Notes: generated from the sequence alone by a model not told the origin. 62,365 nt of DNA, filler included, from Aduncisulcus paluster (GCA_024181965.1; 8 parts of 8 records of this genome joined end to end with filler, not necessarily neighbours in it); one strand, 5' to 3'. Numbered from the whole stretch's first letter, positions 1-12,473 are shown. Numbers and translations: made by a program.

Positions 1-1582
1 CTCTCACCTTCAGCACACTATCCAATGTACATGGTATGGATATATATGTATATGTATCCACAGCATCAAGTAAAAAAATAGAACAAACCAAATAAGATAA
101 GATATAATATTTTTTTTGGTAGAGGTTCCCCCACTTTTCTCAGCCACCGCCGGTGGAAAGTTTGTATTTTTTTTTTGTTTTTGTTTTTGTTTTTTTGGGA
201 AAAAAATATATTAAAGAAATGTACAGTGCAACCACCGTACAGGGGGGACCCCCACGGATGGGGGTAAAAGGGGGGAAATTTACTACATAGATTGGCAGAA
301 AATAAAAGAATCAAGTTCATTGGGCAGATCAAGTTATCTTCTTATGTTGTTTGAACTGTTCAGAGAGAGAAGGAAAAAGCTTGGATTCAGAGAGAGAAGG
401 AAAGATTACGAATCAAGAATCATCATCCAAGAATAAGATGATGTGACACACAGATTGGGAAACATCATTGATGTCATTGATGCTATTGATGCGTTATTCG
501 AGATTCAAATGAGTTAAGCGAGGAGCAGTTGTGTCATTTTCTCAATTACTTTCAGAGATAATGGGTGGAAACCAGGAGCAACGAACAGAACCAGAAAGTT
601 GAGTGTTTTATATTTGTAACAGTATTTTAGGGAGTAGTACGGTAAATATCAAACGGTTGAGTTCAGTTATATGGCAATAAAAAGAACAATAAGGTATCAA
701 AAGGTTCGAAAATCAAACATATATCATTGATAAACAACAAGAAGCATTGGATGAAGAATAATGGCATGGATACCGAGTTGCAATGACTGTAAGCTCCGTT
801 TTTATCGTAATATTCCAGGAATATTGAGAATTATTTGGAAAAATATTCTTGAGAGGTTGTACAATGAAGATGTAATGAAGGCACAGTATAAAGAGGGGAA
901 TCAAAGCAATAAAACCATGCCATTTGCTCCACGAGATATTTTTGACCCGGAACTCGATGTTTTATCGTGTTTTATACTCTTATTCTCATTGATAAAAAAC
1001 TCATCTCAAGAAAGGGCATAAAACGTCATATTTCGATGTTTGGGAGTTAATATTTCAGTTAGAAATCAACAGCAAAAATTCATTTGGTGGGAATCACTTT
1101 CAGTTAAATTGGATATAGCAACAAAATTAGCTCGGCGAAGCTGAATCATTGGATAAAGCATTAATTTTGCTGGTAGTGTTATTTTCTACAATTTAAATTA
1201 ATGTTCGGCGATAAATATTCTTTTGTTGTACCTATTTAAATCATAAATCTTGCCGCAAGTTATTTTTGTGTTTTCTCCCCGTATAATAATTTTTTGAAAG
1301 TTTATAGAATTATTTCATCAATTATAATTTGAAATAAGTTCAACTTGATAAGTTAGATTTATCGGAGTGAAACATCAACGGAACTTCAAGTTGAATCTGC
1401 CACTCTGAAAATATAACTGAAAAACCAGAATTAATGGCAAATATTCTTAAATTAAGTATAGCAAATATAATTCGGTTAAATTTTACCCTGATAAAAGCAA
1501 CTCTATCAAGGTTCAAATCCAATTCTTTCTTTTTCTCCGAACTCTAATATTATTTAGAAGTAATAAGGGCTATTTTATAATA

Positions 1583-2449
1583 ATGGGTGCTTTATATTTA
1601 TATCGAAATTATATTAGTCAATGGTTTCCCACTTTGGTAAAAAATAATTATTCTGATGGGATTCACCTTCTAAGTTTCGTCTTTATTGCTAAATTGTTTT
1701 TATATTTGTTTTTATCGTTGCATATATTTGCATCATTATTGACATTATCTCCCATGAATTCGACCTTTAAAGAGAATTCTTTTTTCTTTCCTCTACAGAC
1801 GCATTTTACATTAGTACTCTCAAAATTAGATGAAACTGGAAATGCCTTGCAATCTTGTTTATATTTGAAGAGTGAATTCGCAGATCATCCATGTTTATTG
1901 CTCGTTAATGGTGATTCCTTTATTTTGTTTCGTGATTTTCCACAATCAAAATCCGTTTTGACTAAAAATTCACAATTAATATCTGAATTTATGTTCAAAA
2001 ATTCAGTTGACGAAGTTTTTTATAATCAATTTCCTGCCGTTTCTTCATACTCTTCTCAATATAACTATTATTTTGATAATTATTCAACCAGCAATTGTGA
2101 AGAAACAGTTTTTCTAGCTTTTCTTCATTATTTGATACCGCATCAACGCATTTCTAACCTTGAAAATCCACCTATACTTCTTGTAAGTCCTGATGAATGT
2201 TTGACCAATACCCTGGATGATGAATATCATCATATTCAGTTGACTATGACTATTTCCAACAGTATAGCTGTTGTAAAAGGATATTTCAATGGTTCATTTG
2301 AACAGAATCATAATGCTCTGATATTGGATGCGGCCAGATTCTACGCTATTATAAACAACCAATTCTGTTATGGTTTCTTAATGGAATCACCTTTCCTCCT
2401 CTTCTTCTTCTTCTTCTTCTTCTTCTTTGTTGACTTTGCAAGATGGTAG
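1583..2449 (+). CDS. Hypothetical protein; possibly the 5' part of the downstream LRR/EGF gene, separated by a 1-nt frameshift
   Basis: 288-aa ORF with an N-terminal hydrophobic segment. It ends reading a (CTT)n tract as poly-Phe. Removing one T near 2391-2394 reads the tract as poly-Ser and joins the 2427 frame. Confidence 0.4.
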   Translation: MGALYLYRNYISQWFPTLVKNNYSDGIHLLSFVFIAKLFLYLFLSLHIFASLLTLSPMNSTFKENSFFFPLQTHFTLVLSKLDETGNALQSCLYLKSEFADHPCLLLVNGDSFILFRDFPQSKSVLTKNSQLISEFMFKNSVDEVFYNQFPAVSSYSSQYNYYFDNYSTSNCEETVFLAFLHYLIPHQRISNLENPPILLVSPDECLTNTLDDEYHHIQLTMTISNSIAVVKGYFNGSFEQNHNALILDAARFYAIINNQFCYGFLMESPFLLFFFFFFFFFVDFARW

Positions 2450-4339
2450 AAATATTTTGACCTTTAATGATGTTGATTCTTCCTTTATTTTTATTGCTAT
2501 CTTTACCGTTATGCTGTTGTACACCTCGTCCTTCAATTTTCGAACCCTATTTTTAGATTGTGTATCTTCTCAGCGGTCTAAATACATGCATCTTCATCTA
2601 GATGTCGGTAGATATGCCAATGTTTATTGTTCAAGTCCTTGTGATTGTGTTGTTGCCAATCCCGATGTTGCTGATGGTAATATGTCTATTATGGTGACAA
2701 AGACAACCAAAACCCAACCAAAAAAATCAACCATAAGATTACACAAACCCTTCTCTTCCTCTTCCTTTTTCTTTGATTTGATGATCATTTTCATATTTCT
2801 AAATCTCTTACAACATTTGATTTTGCCAGTCTACTCTCTTCCTTCCAATGGTCAAGATAATGCTCTAAAACCAGACTTCTCAGCATATGAGTTTGAATAT
2901 GAATTTGAATATGAATACTCAGGTGTAGGTACAAATGATGTAAATATTTTGAAGAGAAATGATATCAATGCTCTCTCTTCTTCTTCTTCTTCTTCTTCTT
3001 CTTCTTCTTCTTCTTCACATTCCTCACATTCTTCTCACGGATCTATAAATAGCCATATTCAGGTTGGAGTGAAAGATCCAGCCTTGTCATATTTTGAGGT
3101 TGATATTCCCGATTCAAATCTTAGGGAAATGATTTGCACTGATGCCCTTGGATATACTAACACGGCATGTTCAGTGACTGAGTTTGATATGGCTTCCATT
3201 AGCTTTGCTGATGCGGCGAATAATCCTCTTGATTGTAATGCTTCTAATGGGTGTTTTGTATATAATCTTGAAGGAATGCAATATTTGATCAACGTTTATG
3301 GTATTTCTTTTGCTAAAAATAGTATCACGTCGGCCTTACCGGTGTCACATTTAAAACAACTTGTTCACCTTACCCTTGAAGGAAATAACAACGTTCCAAT
3401 ATTATATGACACAAATTCTTCAGATTTATTTAAATTACATCGCTTAGTTTTTTCGATCATACGAGGAAACCCCAAATTTTATGACATTTCTGTTTTTTAT
3501 AGGAATTTGCTCATGCAGAATCTTGATATTGCATATACTGTGATTTCTGTGTATAATCCTATTTGCAGGTCTGAAAATGATACCGATTATTGGACTTTTA
3601 TAAAGCAAATATTCCCTGTTCACAGAGAAGACCCCACCCGAAAAAATTATTACTTCCTCCCCAACAGCTGTCCTCTCAACTCTGATCCTGGAAATTCCCC
3701 ATATAACTGTGATACTTCAAATGCTTCATGCCCTTCAATAGTTCTGAATGAAGTGTACAACAGTGTGGATGGTGTGAACGCGAAACAATGTGCATTCATT
3801 GCGAAGGAAGGGAGCAGTGGTGAGTGTTACACTGTTCATGATGATTCAATTCGACAATATCTGAAGAATCAGTGTCTTTCCACGAGTGACCCTGAATCAA
3901 ATGGTGTCATCAGTGTTGCCACCATGAGGAGTGTTTTGTCATGTCCATTGGATACTAATAGTAATGAGTCATTGTCACTTCCAGACATAGCTTCTGCAGC
4001 TTCCTTAAGTTCTGTGAATTCTATCACGACTCTGCAAGGTCTTGAGTATGCCACTTCACTGACCTCTCTGACCATTGATGGGTATGACTTGAGTGGAGAT
4101 ATTAATTCCAATGCTGAGTATGATAAGTTGGTTGTTCAGATCTTGGCAAAGGCTGTGACGTCTGGAACCATTGATTCTGGTCTGAGGATATTATCTGCGA
4201 GTGGCTGTGGATTGAGTGATATCAGTGATGTGCTTGACTTGACCCCTCCAATTCCTACAACATATGTCCTTGATGGCATCACCGTTTCAACTCCACCATT
4301 TAAACTAACAAATTTGATTCTCTCCAACAATAACATCTC
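2427..4339 (+). CDS. LRR/Cys-rich surface protein, 3' truncated by contig end
   Basis: Signal-like segment MIIFIFLNLLQHLILPVYSLP, IPDSNLREMIC cap and LRRs (LQGLEYATSLTSLTIDG, LTNLILSNNNI). Cassettes are near-identical to those in the 4440-8410 gene. True start uncertain. Confidence 0.75.
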
Positions 4340-4439
4340 NNNNNNNNNNNNNNNNNNNNNNNNNNNNNNNNNNNNNNNNNNNNTTAATTAATTAANNNNN
4401 NNNNNNNNNNNNNNNNNNNNNNNNNNNNNNNNNNNNNNN
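4340..4439. other. Artificial contig linker N44-TTAATTAATTAA-N44
   Basis: 100 bp with a six-frame stop spacer. The identical structure recurs seven times. Confidence 0.97.
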
Positions 4440-7400
4440 CTGAGGATATTATCTGCGAGTGGATGTGGATTGAGTGCTGTTGGCGATATTCTTGATCTGA
4501 CTCCTATTGTTGATAATGCTTTAGTACTTGACACATACACACCCTTCAAACTCACTTCACTTGACCTCTCAAACAACTCCATCTCTGATGTATCTGTTCT
4601 CATCACATCTTCCATGTTCCCTGATGATACTGATGCTGTTCTCACAACTCTTGACATCAGTGGCAACTCCATCTGTGATATTGAAGGAATTGTGAGTCAA
4701 TTACAAATCAAATTCCCAACCCTATCAACCTTGACATATTCTGACCAAACATGCCATTGTTCTGCATCTGTGTCTTCTGCAGCTCACCAAGTGTGTCGTG
4801 AAGTGTATCCCGATCGCTGGGCTGTCGAGTGCTGGAATGGGCATTATCTCGACAAATCAACTAGAGAGTGTGTTGAAGCCACTGATTCCTCAGACATTAT
4901 CCGTTGTCAAGTGTGTGAAGGACATTCCAATATGATGCCTGTTCTTGAGGTTGGCGCTTCATCCATCACATGTGGGTGTCGATCTGCCTGGTATGGTGAC
5001 GATTGTGACCAGTTATATTCCGTCCATATCCCTGATAAGTTGTTCAGAGGTAAAGTGTGTGATGCTATAAGCAATAGTGATCCATTGTGTGATGTCACAG
5101 AGTTTGAAATGGCTGGTATAAGTGGAATTTTTAACTCATATAGTTCCCATATTACATCCTTTGAAGGTACTCAGTATTTGATAAACATTTCTAATTTCCG
5201 TGGAGACAATACGGATGTAACATCAGTTTATCCTATTTCATTCCTTGAACAACTTCCAATCTTATATTTTTATCAGTATTCAACTGCCTATAATGTCAAT
5301 ATTTATGATTTCAATTCCTTGTTTACATTGAACAGATTCTATGGATTGTATATTTATGGGAATGAACAAATCTATGATATATCTGTCTCATTTAGGAATG
5401 TTGGATTGTCTGAGATGTATATCGCGCATACAAATTTTTCTGCGTTCATACCTCTCTGTAGATCAGAAGATGATAACGATTATTGGACATTTATAACGAC
5501 TGTCTTTCCAATTCATGAGTCAACCAATAAGGATTTATTCTTTATTCCCAATAGTTGTTCTTTGAACAATGATGATGATTATGTATGTGACTCAGGAACA
5601 TATCCAACGCAATGCCCTTCAATAGTTCTGAATGAGGTGTACAACAGTGTTGCTGATCCTCCAGTCAAAGAATGTGCATTCATTGCCAAAAAGAGTGGAT
5701 CTGTTGATGATAATAATCTCACATGTTACACTGTTCATGATGACAATATTCGTGCTTATTTGTCCAACCCTAGCAATGGATGTCTGAGTAGTTCTGATAT
5801 TGAAGATAATGGTATGATTAGTGTTGCTACTCTGAGAAGTTCTTTAGCTTGTTCATCATTGAATCTGTCAGATATTGTATCAATTCAGACATTATCCTCA
5901 GTTAATTCCATCACGACTCTACAAGGTCTTGAGTATACCCAAGGTGGGACTGATTCGTCTGATAATCCTATTGGTTTGACATCATTGAACATTGATGGGT
6001 ATGATTTGAGTGGAGATACTAATCCCAATGTTGAGTACGATAAGTTGGTTGTTCAGATATTATCAAAAGGGGTGAAAGATTCAAATTATTATGGTTCCAT
6101 TAACTCTGGTCTTATATCCTTATCTGCAAGTGGATGTGGATTAAGTGTTGTCAATGATGTCCTTGATTTAACTCCGATTGCTTCTGGAGCCATGTATGAA
6201 GGTGGGCAATTTGACCCTACAACAAGAAATTTCAAACTGACATCCCTAGATCTCTCAAACAACTCCATCTCTGATGTATCTGTTCTCATCACATCTTCCA
6301 TGTTCCCTGGCGATACTGATGCTGTTCTTACAACTCTTGATATCAGTGATAATAATATCTGTGACATTGAAGGAATTGTGAGTCAATTGCAAACCGAATT
6401 CCCAACCCTATCAACCTTGACATATTCTGACCAAACATGCCATTGTTCTGCACCCGTGTCTTCTTCTGACCACCAAGTGTGCCGTGAAGTGTATCCCGAT
6501 CGTTGGGCTGTCGAGTGCTGGAATGGGTACTATCTTGACAAAGCCAGTGGAGAGTGTCTTGAGGTATGTGCGAGTGGGTCTGAGCTTGATACTTCCAGTG
6601 GAACCCCACCATATTCATGCACAACAGCTGCTTCAGATGTTGATGATTCCATTTGTCTCCAAGTATGCGAAAGACATACCAATATGATGGCTGTTCTTGA
6701 AGCTGGTGATTCATCCATTACATGTGGTTGTCGATCTGGATGGTATGGAGAAGACTGCTCGAGTGAGTGTCCAATTGTTGGAGGTGAAGTATGTTCTGGT
6801 CATGGAAGTTGTAACACCACCGATCATGTGTGTGAGTGTGACACTTGGTATGGTGATGCTTCATGTTCCACCCTTGTTCCGATATACTCCGCTGAATGTG
6901 ATCGTACATTCATCATTGATGATCATTTGGAGTGCAATGAGGTATATCCTGGTCGTTATGCAGCCGAGTGTGAGGATGGGTATTATTATGACCAAGGTGA
7001 GTATTCTTGTTTTTATGACACCAATACTGACTGTCCCAGTGATATGAATGATAATCAAATGTGTGTCAAAACAGCAGATGGTGATGTTATTACATCTGAT
7101 TGTCGATCTGCCTGGTATGGTGACGATTGTGACCAGTTGTATTCCGTTCATATCCCTGATACGTTGTTCAGAGGTAAAGTGTGTGATTATGCCGGATATG
7201 ATATTACAGTCGATCCACTATGTGACGTGTCAGAGTTTGAAATGGCTGGGATAAATGGGAAGTTTTATTCATCTGGTTCCCATATTAAGTCCTTTGAAGG
7301 AGCTCAGTATTTGATAAACATTTATTTTTTCTCTGGACGAGATACTGATGTAACATCAGTTTATCCTATTCCTCTCCTTGAACAACTATCAGTATTATAT

Positions 7401-8410
7401 TTTCATCAGGAATCAACTACCTATAATGGCAATATTTATGATCTCAATTCCTTGTTCACATTCAATAGATTGTATGGATTGGCTATTTATGGGAATGAAC
7501 AAATCTATGATATATCTGTCTCATTTAGGAATGTTGGATTGTCTATGATGTATATCGCGTATACACCTAATTCTGGATTCATACCTCTCTGTAGATCAGA
7601 AGATGATAACGATTATTGGACATTTATAACGACTGTCTTCCCAATTCATTCCTCAACCGTTAAGGATAATGCTTTTATTCCAAATAGTTGTGCTTTGAAC
7701 AATGTGGATGATTATGTATGTGACTCAGGAACATATCCAACGAAATGCCCTTCAATAGTTCTGAATGAGGTGTACAACAGTGTTGCTGATCCTCCAGTCA
7801 AAGAATGTGCTTTCATTGCCAAGTCTTCTGATGGTAAATGTTACACTGTTCACGATGATTATATTCGACAGTACTTGGTTGCTAATTGTTTATCTGGAGG
7901 AACTAATGATCTAGACTCTGGAATAATCAGTGTTGCCACGATGAGGAGTGTTTTGTCATGTCCATTGGATGCTAATAGTAATGAGTCATTGTCACTTCCA
8001 GACATAGCTTCTGCAGCTTCCTTAAGTTCTGTGAATTCCATCACGACTCTGCAAGGTCTTGAATATGCCACTTCATTGACCTCTCTGACCCTTGATGGGT
8101 ATGACTTGAGTGGAGATATCAATTCCAATGCTGAGTATGATAAGTTGGTTGTTCAGATCTTGGCAAAGGCTGTGACATATCCACCCATTGATTCTGGTCT
8201 GAGGATATTATCTGTGAGTGGATGTGGATTGAGTGCCATCAGTGATGTGCTTGACTTGACTCCGATTGCGTCTGGAGACTCAACCACAGACCAATTCAAA
8301 CTGACATCCCTAGATCTCTCAAACAACTCCATCTCTGATGTGTCTGTTCTCATCACATCTTCCATGTTCCCTGATGATACTGATGCTGTTCTCACAACTC
8401 TTGACATCAG
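4440..8410 (+). CDS. Internal fragment of a giant LRR + EGF-like repeat surface protein
   Basis: Open across the whole contig. Repeated LRR blocks (LTSLDLSNNSISDVSVL), Cys caps (NxICD...QTCHC, CREVYPDRWAVEC) and EGF motifs (CRSAWYGDDC, CSGHGSC...CECDTWYGDASC). Confidence 0.9.
4977..7825 (+). repeat. Intragenic duplicated ~0.7-kb cassette (about 4977-5690 and 7101-7825)
   Basis: Both copies start tgtcgatctgcctggtatggtgacgattgtgaccagtt and share long identical stretches. A second cassette occurs at about 4565-4850, 6255-6540 and 8318-8410. Confidence 0.9.
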
Positions 8411-8510
8411 NNNNNNNNNNNNNNNNNNNNNNNNNNNNNNNNNNNNNNNNNNNNTTAATTAATTAANNNNNNNNNNNNNNNNNNNNNNNNNNNNNNNNNN
8501 NNNNNNNNNN
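8411..8510. other. Artificial contig linker
   Basis: N44-TTAATTAATTAA-N44. Confidence 0.97.
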
Positions 8511-11148
8511 TTGGAGGACAGATCAAGATGTGTCAGAGTGGATGACAATGGATACACTTTCGTTCCATCATCATAACTGCCGACACACTGACCACTGCAC
8601 ATGGCAATGTTGTTCAGCAAAGAAGTGAATGATGACAGGTCGGAACCAATGGAATCATCACTCCCACTGATCTCCAAGGAACGCAACGAGCACAGACCAA
8701 CACAGTACGATTCAGACGTTCCATTCCAGCGTGAAGTATCAGACTCAAGATCCATCTTCAGAGCACCGACAGCATCCGTCAATGTGCTCAGAAGTGATAC
8801 ATCCATGTTTTCAAGCGAATCAAGCTCAAGCACATACAACGAGGATAAGGATGCAATGGGTGATAGATCAGAGATGAGAGTGTTCCCAGGCTCAAACGAA
8901 AGGATTTCAAGGTGCTCGGCATATTCAAGCCCTGAGAGGGAAGCCACGGTGGTAGGGATGGTGAGAGATGTGATGGTTGAGAGATCATCCACAGTCAGCG
9001 AGGAGAGAATGTTTTCAGCAGAAGAAGAAGAACATAACGATTGAACATCTACATCATCAACATACATGGATTCACAGATAGCTTCAACGAGGGCAACATC
9101 CATCCCAAGGGAAGACAGTAGTGTCACTCCACTCTCAATCTCACACAGGTCACCAGTCATGAGAGGTGACGATGAAGATGAAGAGCAGGTGCATGTATGT
9201 GTTTCAGAGTCACAAGTATCGGTTCCATCATAATTCCCACATTCATACCCATACTCATCAACAGGACATTCAGACAGACAATCGTCACCATACCACCCTT
9301 CAGAACACACAATGGAGATGTCATTTATAGACACAGAAGATACATCAGATCCCATTCCAATGCACTTTTGATTGGTACCCGAGAGACTCAGATCAGAGCA
9401 CATTGCATACAAGGATGCAGTTTCATCATCGATGAGCACACACGATAATGAGGATGAGCTCACATCAGTGTAACATGATGAACAGCATGTTGCAGAATAC
9501 TCACCTGGCCAGATCTCAGAGCAGACGATATTGGACGAAAGTGAGATGGAATCATCAGTACAAAGACAAACATTGTCATCGAAGATAGAATACCCATCAC
9601 TTGTCAACGATGATAATGGTGTTGTGAAGACAGACACGAAAGCATTCACTTCCTCTTCATCATCCATGCCACAGACATTGTTGACACGCAGATCAAGTGC
9701 GGTGAGAGTGGATGAGAGCAAGAACAATGGAGATGGGTCAGAGATGTTGTTATCACTGGCATCCAGATACTCTAACATCGGGAACAGGATCGTGAAAGAG
9801 GAAGAAGCGGAATCAACTTCATAGAGCCACAACAAATCATCCAACTTCATGCCACTCACATCAAGCTCCGTGAGATATGATCCAAAAATAGATGCAATAT
9901 CAGAGAGCAGGACATCTGTATTTGCAACACTCAAAGAGGTCAGAACACCAGACAGAGACGAGATCTGGGTCAAGTCATCCACGGCTGTATCGGATATGTT
10001 CAGAGCAGTCAGATGGTTAAACTCACTCAAGGAGTCAAGAACAGAGATATCACTCAAGGAAGTGTTTCCACTCAGATCGATGCATGAGATGTTCGTAAGA
10101 TATTCAAGTCCAGATAAGTCAGTGATATCAAGACTGGACAGATCAAGACACGATAATTCTTCTTCTGCACCGGTTGTGATCCCTTGCAAATTACTCTCCG
10201 TCAGATCACAAGTGGAGTTATAACCATCAATCGCGGAACACAGAGCAAAAAGAAGGTTGGCATCAGGAATTGTAATATATTGACACGAGTCACCATAAAA
10301 GGGAGAAAGAGTGCATTCACAAGTATGGGAAGGAATAAGACATGATCCATACTCAGAACCTCCACATTGAAGTTGGTTGGAGTAATGAAGTGGACATTCA
10401 TCCTCACATCTAGCACCATTCCATCCTTCAATACATACCGCAGCGCTACTAGAGCACTCCATATTCACATTATCCATGGATGAGTTCACACAAGAAGGGA
10501 ATGTGTCAGGAGGAGTGTAGTTATCCAATTCATCAAGATATGACACACATGAACTTGAGCCATCTTCATTATCTACTTTGTAACTATACAGATTACACTC
10601 CACACTCCATTGTTCGTGGGAAGTAGTGGTTGTAGTCACTCCACCAGAGCCATCATCTGCTTCAACAGTTTCTGTCCAGTCCCACACTTTACGACAGATC
10701 GTGTTGGAGGAAAGAGACGCGGCAGAAGAAGTATCTGAACAATGAATAACGGGATCACCAGCACCATCTCCAGCAGTCTCAGAGGATGAACAGAAACCAC
10801 AGGAAGAAGTGTCCTGTGAGGAAGATGTGATGGAAGGAGGATTAGAACTTGCATCAGCTCCAGAAAAGAAATCATACAATGCAGAACCATCATCATAATC
10901 AACTCCATCAAGACAGATGGAATTGTAACTGATATCAAGTGTGGCCAAGTCACCATTCAGATGATATAAAGGAGAGATGTCAACAAGGGAATTATCAGCA
11001 ACATTCAATTCAACAAGAGGAAGATGCACAATGGATAAGAGATCGGAATCTACAAGACCCAGGGAGGCAAGGCCTAAGGAGGAAATGGAAGAGAAACTCA
11101 CAAGAATGGATGGGTCAAACAATGAAGTCGTTTCTGCAACATCATCAT
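8511..11148 (-). CDS. Internal fragment of an LRR + EGF surface protein, paralogous to the 18470 gene
   Basis: ITDLSGLEYLTNISCIDLSGN, DASDNNISDPSPL, CIEGWNGARC. Shares the block VADNSLVDISPLY...CRKVWDWTET...WSVECNLYSY with the 2.9-kaa protein. Confidence 0.88.
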
Positions 11149-11248
11149 NNNNNNNNNNNNNNNNNNNNNNNNNNNNNNNNNNNNNNNNNNNNTTAATTAA
11201 TTAANNNNNNNNNNNNNNNNNNNNNNNNNNNNNNNNNNNNNNNNNNNN
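11149..11248. other. Artificial contig linker
   Basis: N44-TTAATTAATTAA-N44. Confidence 0.97.
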
Positions 11249-11250
11249 GT

Positions 11251-12069
11251 TCCAAAACTCCACCCGTTGATACTGTTCATATTCCTGTCTTGATCAAAAA
11301 ATTCATTATTCTTTCGGAGGGTGTTGATTCGAGAAAGTATTATATGAAGATTCTTCAAAGGTATTTACTTGCAGATAAATTGCACTGTCCATATCTTATT
11401 CCACTTTTGACTTCCTTTCGAGAGTTGCACATCACCCAATTTAACAAGCAATTTGGTGTGTTTGTCATGCCATTCTATGAGAAAGGGGATCTTTCGATGT
11501 GGATAACATCTCCTAATATCAAACCCTCAGATCTGTTCCACGTATTGATTTGTGTTCTTAAGGGCCTTGAAGCACTAATATCCAAAGGTCTTGTGCACTG
11601 TGATATCAAACCCCAGAATATCCTCATTGACGATGCTGGGAATGGCATTTTGTGTGATTTTGAAGGAATTGTTGATAATATGGGAAAGAACTTGAGGAAA
11701 ACGATGGACCTTATATGTTTTCTATATGTTGCCTCGGAGTTAAAAGTTACTGAAAATCCTCACCCAACCCACAAATCGGACATGTATTCATTTGGAGCCA
11801 TGTTAAAGAAAGATATCAAAGAGTATTTCTGGAAATATCTTCATCGACCATATCCTCAAATCCTTCACGACATTGAAGTCAAATGTTGTGACGATAATCC
11901 TGCTAACCGTCCTGATGCACACGATGTTTTAGAATGGATTTGCTCTGATATTGGTTTTCGCGAGAAAAGGTATGATAAATTCGATGATGAATCTTCCGAC
12001 AAGAAAGAGGACAAATGTGACGAAGTATCTGCCGAAACAGAAGAAGAGAAAATGGAGGAAGATGAATAG
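11251..12069 (+). CDS. Ser/Thr protein kinase domain, 5' truncated
   Basis: VLIKK, VHCDIKPQNILID, CDFEG (DFG variant), YVASE, SDMYSFG, PANRP; acidic tail. Confidence 0.85.
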   Translation, partial: SKTPPVDTVHIPVLIKKFIILSEGVDSRKYYMKILQRYLLADKLHCPYLIPLLTSFRELHITQFNKQFGVFVMPFYEKGDLSMWITSPNIKPSDLFHVLICVLKGLEALISKGLVHCDIKPQNILIDDAGNGILCDFEGIVDNMGKNLRKTMDLICFLYVASELKVTENPHPTHKSDMYSFGAMLKKDIKEYFWKYLHRPYPQILHDIEVKCCDDNPANRPDAHDVLEWICSDIGFREKRYDKFDDESSDKKEDKCDEVSAETEEEKMEEDE

Positions 12070-12295
12070 ATATGAAATGTTTCAGATTTCTCCGAAAATC
12101 TATTATTATTGTATCCATTTTCTATTTGGTTTTGATTATGTTATGTTTTTATTTGTTAGGGTTGAGGATGAAATTGGGTGATATTAAGAGAGAATTAATC
12201 TACTTCTCTGATGTTTGGCCTTTCTTAAACTTATTGAAAGGGTTTCTCAACACCTAGACCCAAGATAAAAGCATTTTAAAAAAAATAAGTAAAAA

Positions 12296-12368
12296 AGGTT
12301 TTGCTGGGACTCGAACCCAGGTTATCGGAATCAGAACCCGAGGTGATAACCAACTACACTACAAAACC
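12296..12368 (-). tRNA. tRNA-Gln(CTG)
   Basis: Reverse complement GGTTTTG TAGTGTAGTTGGTTATCACC TCGGG TT-CTG-AT TCCGA TAAC CTGGG TTCGAGT CCCAG CAAAACC T folds into a cloverleaf. A poly-T Pol III terminator follows. Confidence 0.95.
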
Positions 12369-12473
12369 ATCTTGCATGTTTGGATATATATATATTAATA
12401 AATATCCATTTCAAAAAATCAATTTATTTTTAAAATGATTCCTTATTTTAATTTAATCAACAATTATTATATT

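Noticed and set aside
4977-7825. Diversity-generating retroelement TR/VR pair
   Set aside because: Differences are not restricted to adenines of one copy, both copies are in-frame coding, and no reverse transcriptase is in the window.
12296-12368. Suppressor tRNA-Gln or hexamitid-type TAR=Gln genetic code
   Set aside because: The anticodon is CTG, and conserved genes (E2, ESF1, SF3A3) end at TAA/TAG at expected positions with no internal TAR.
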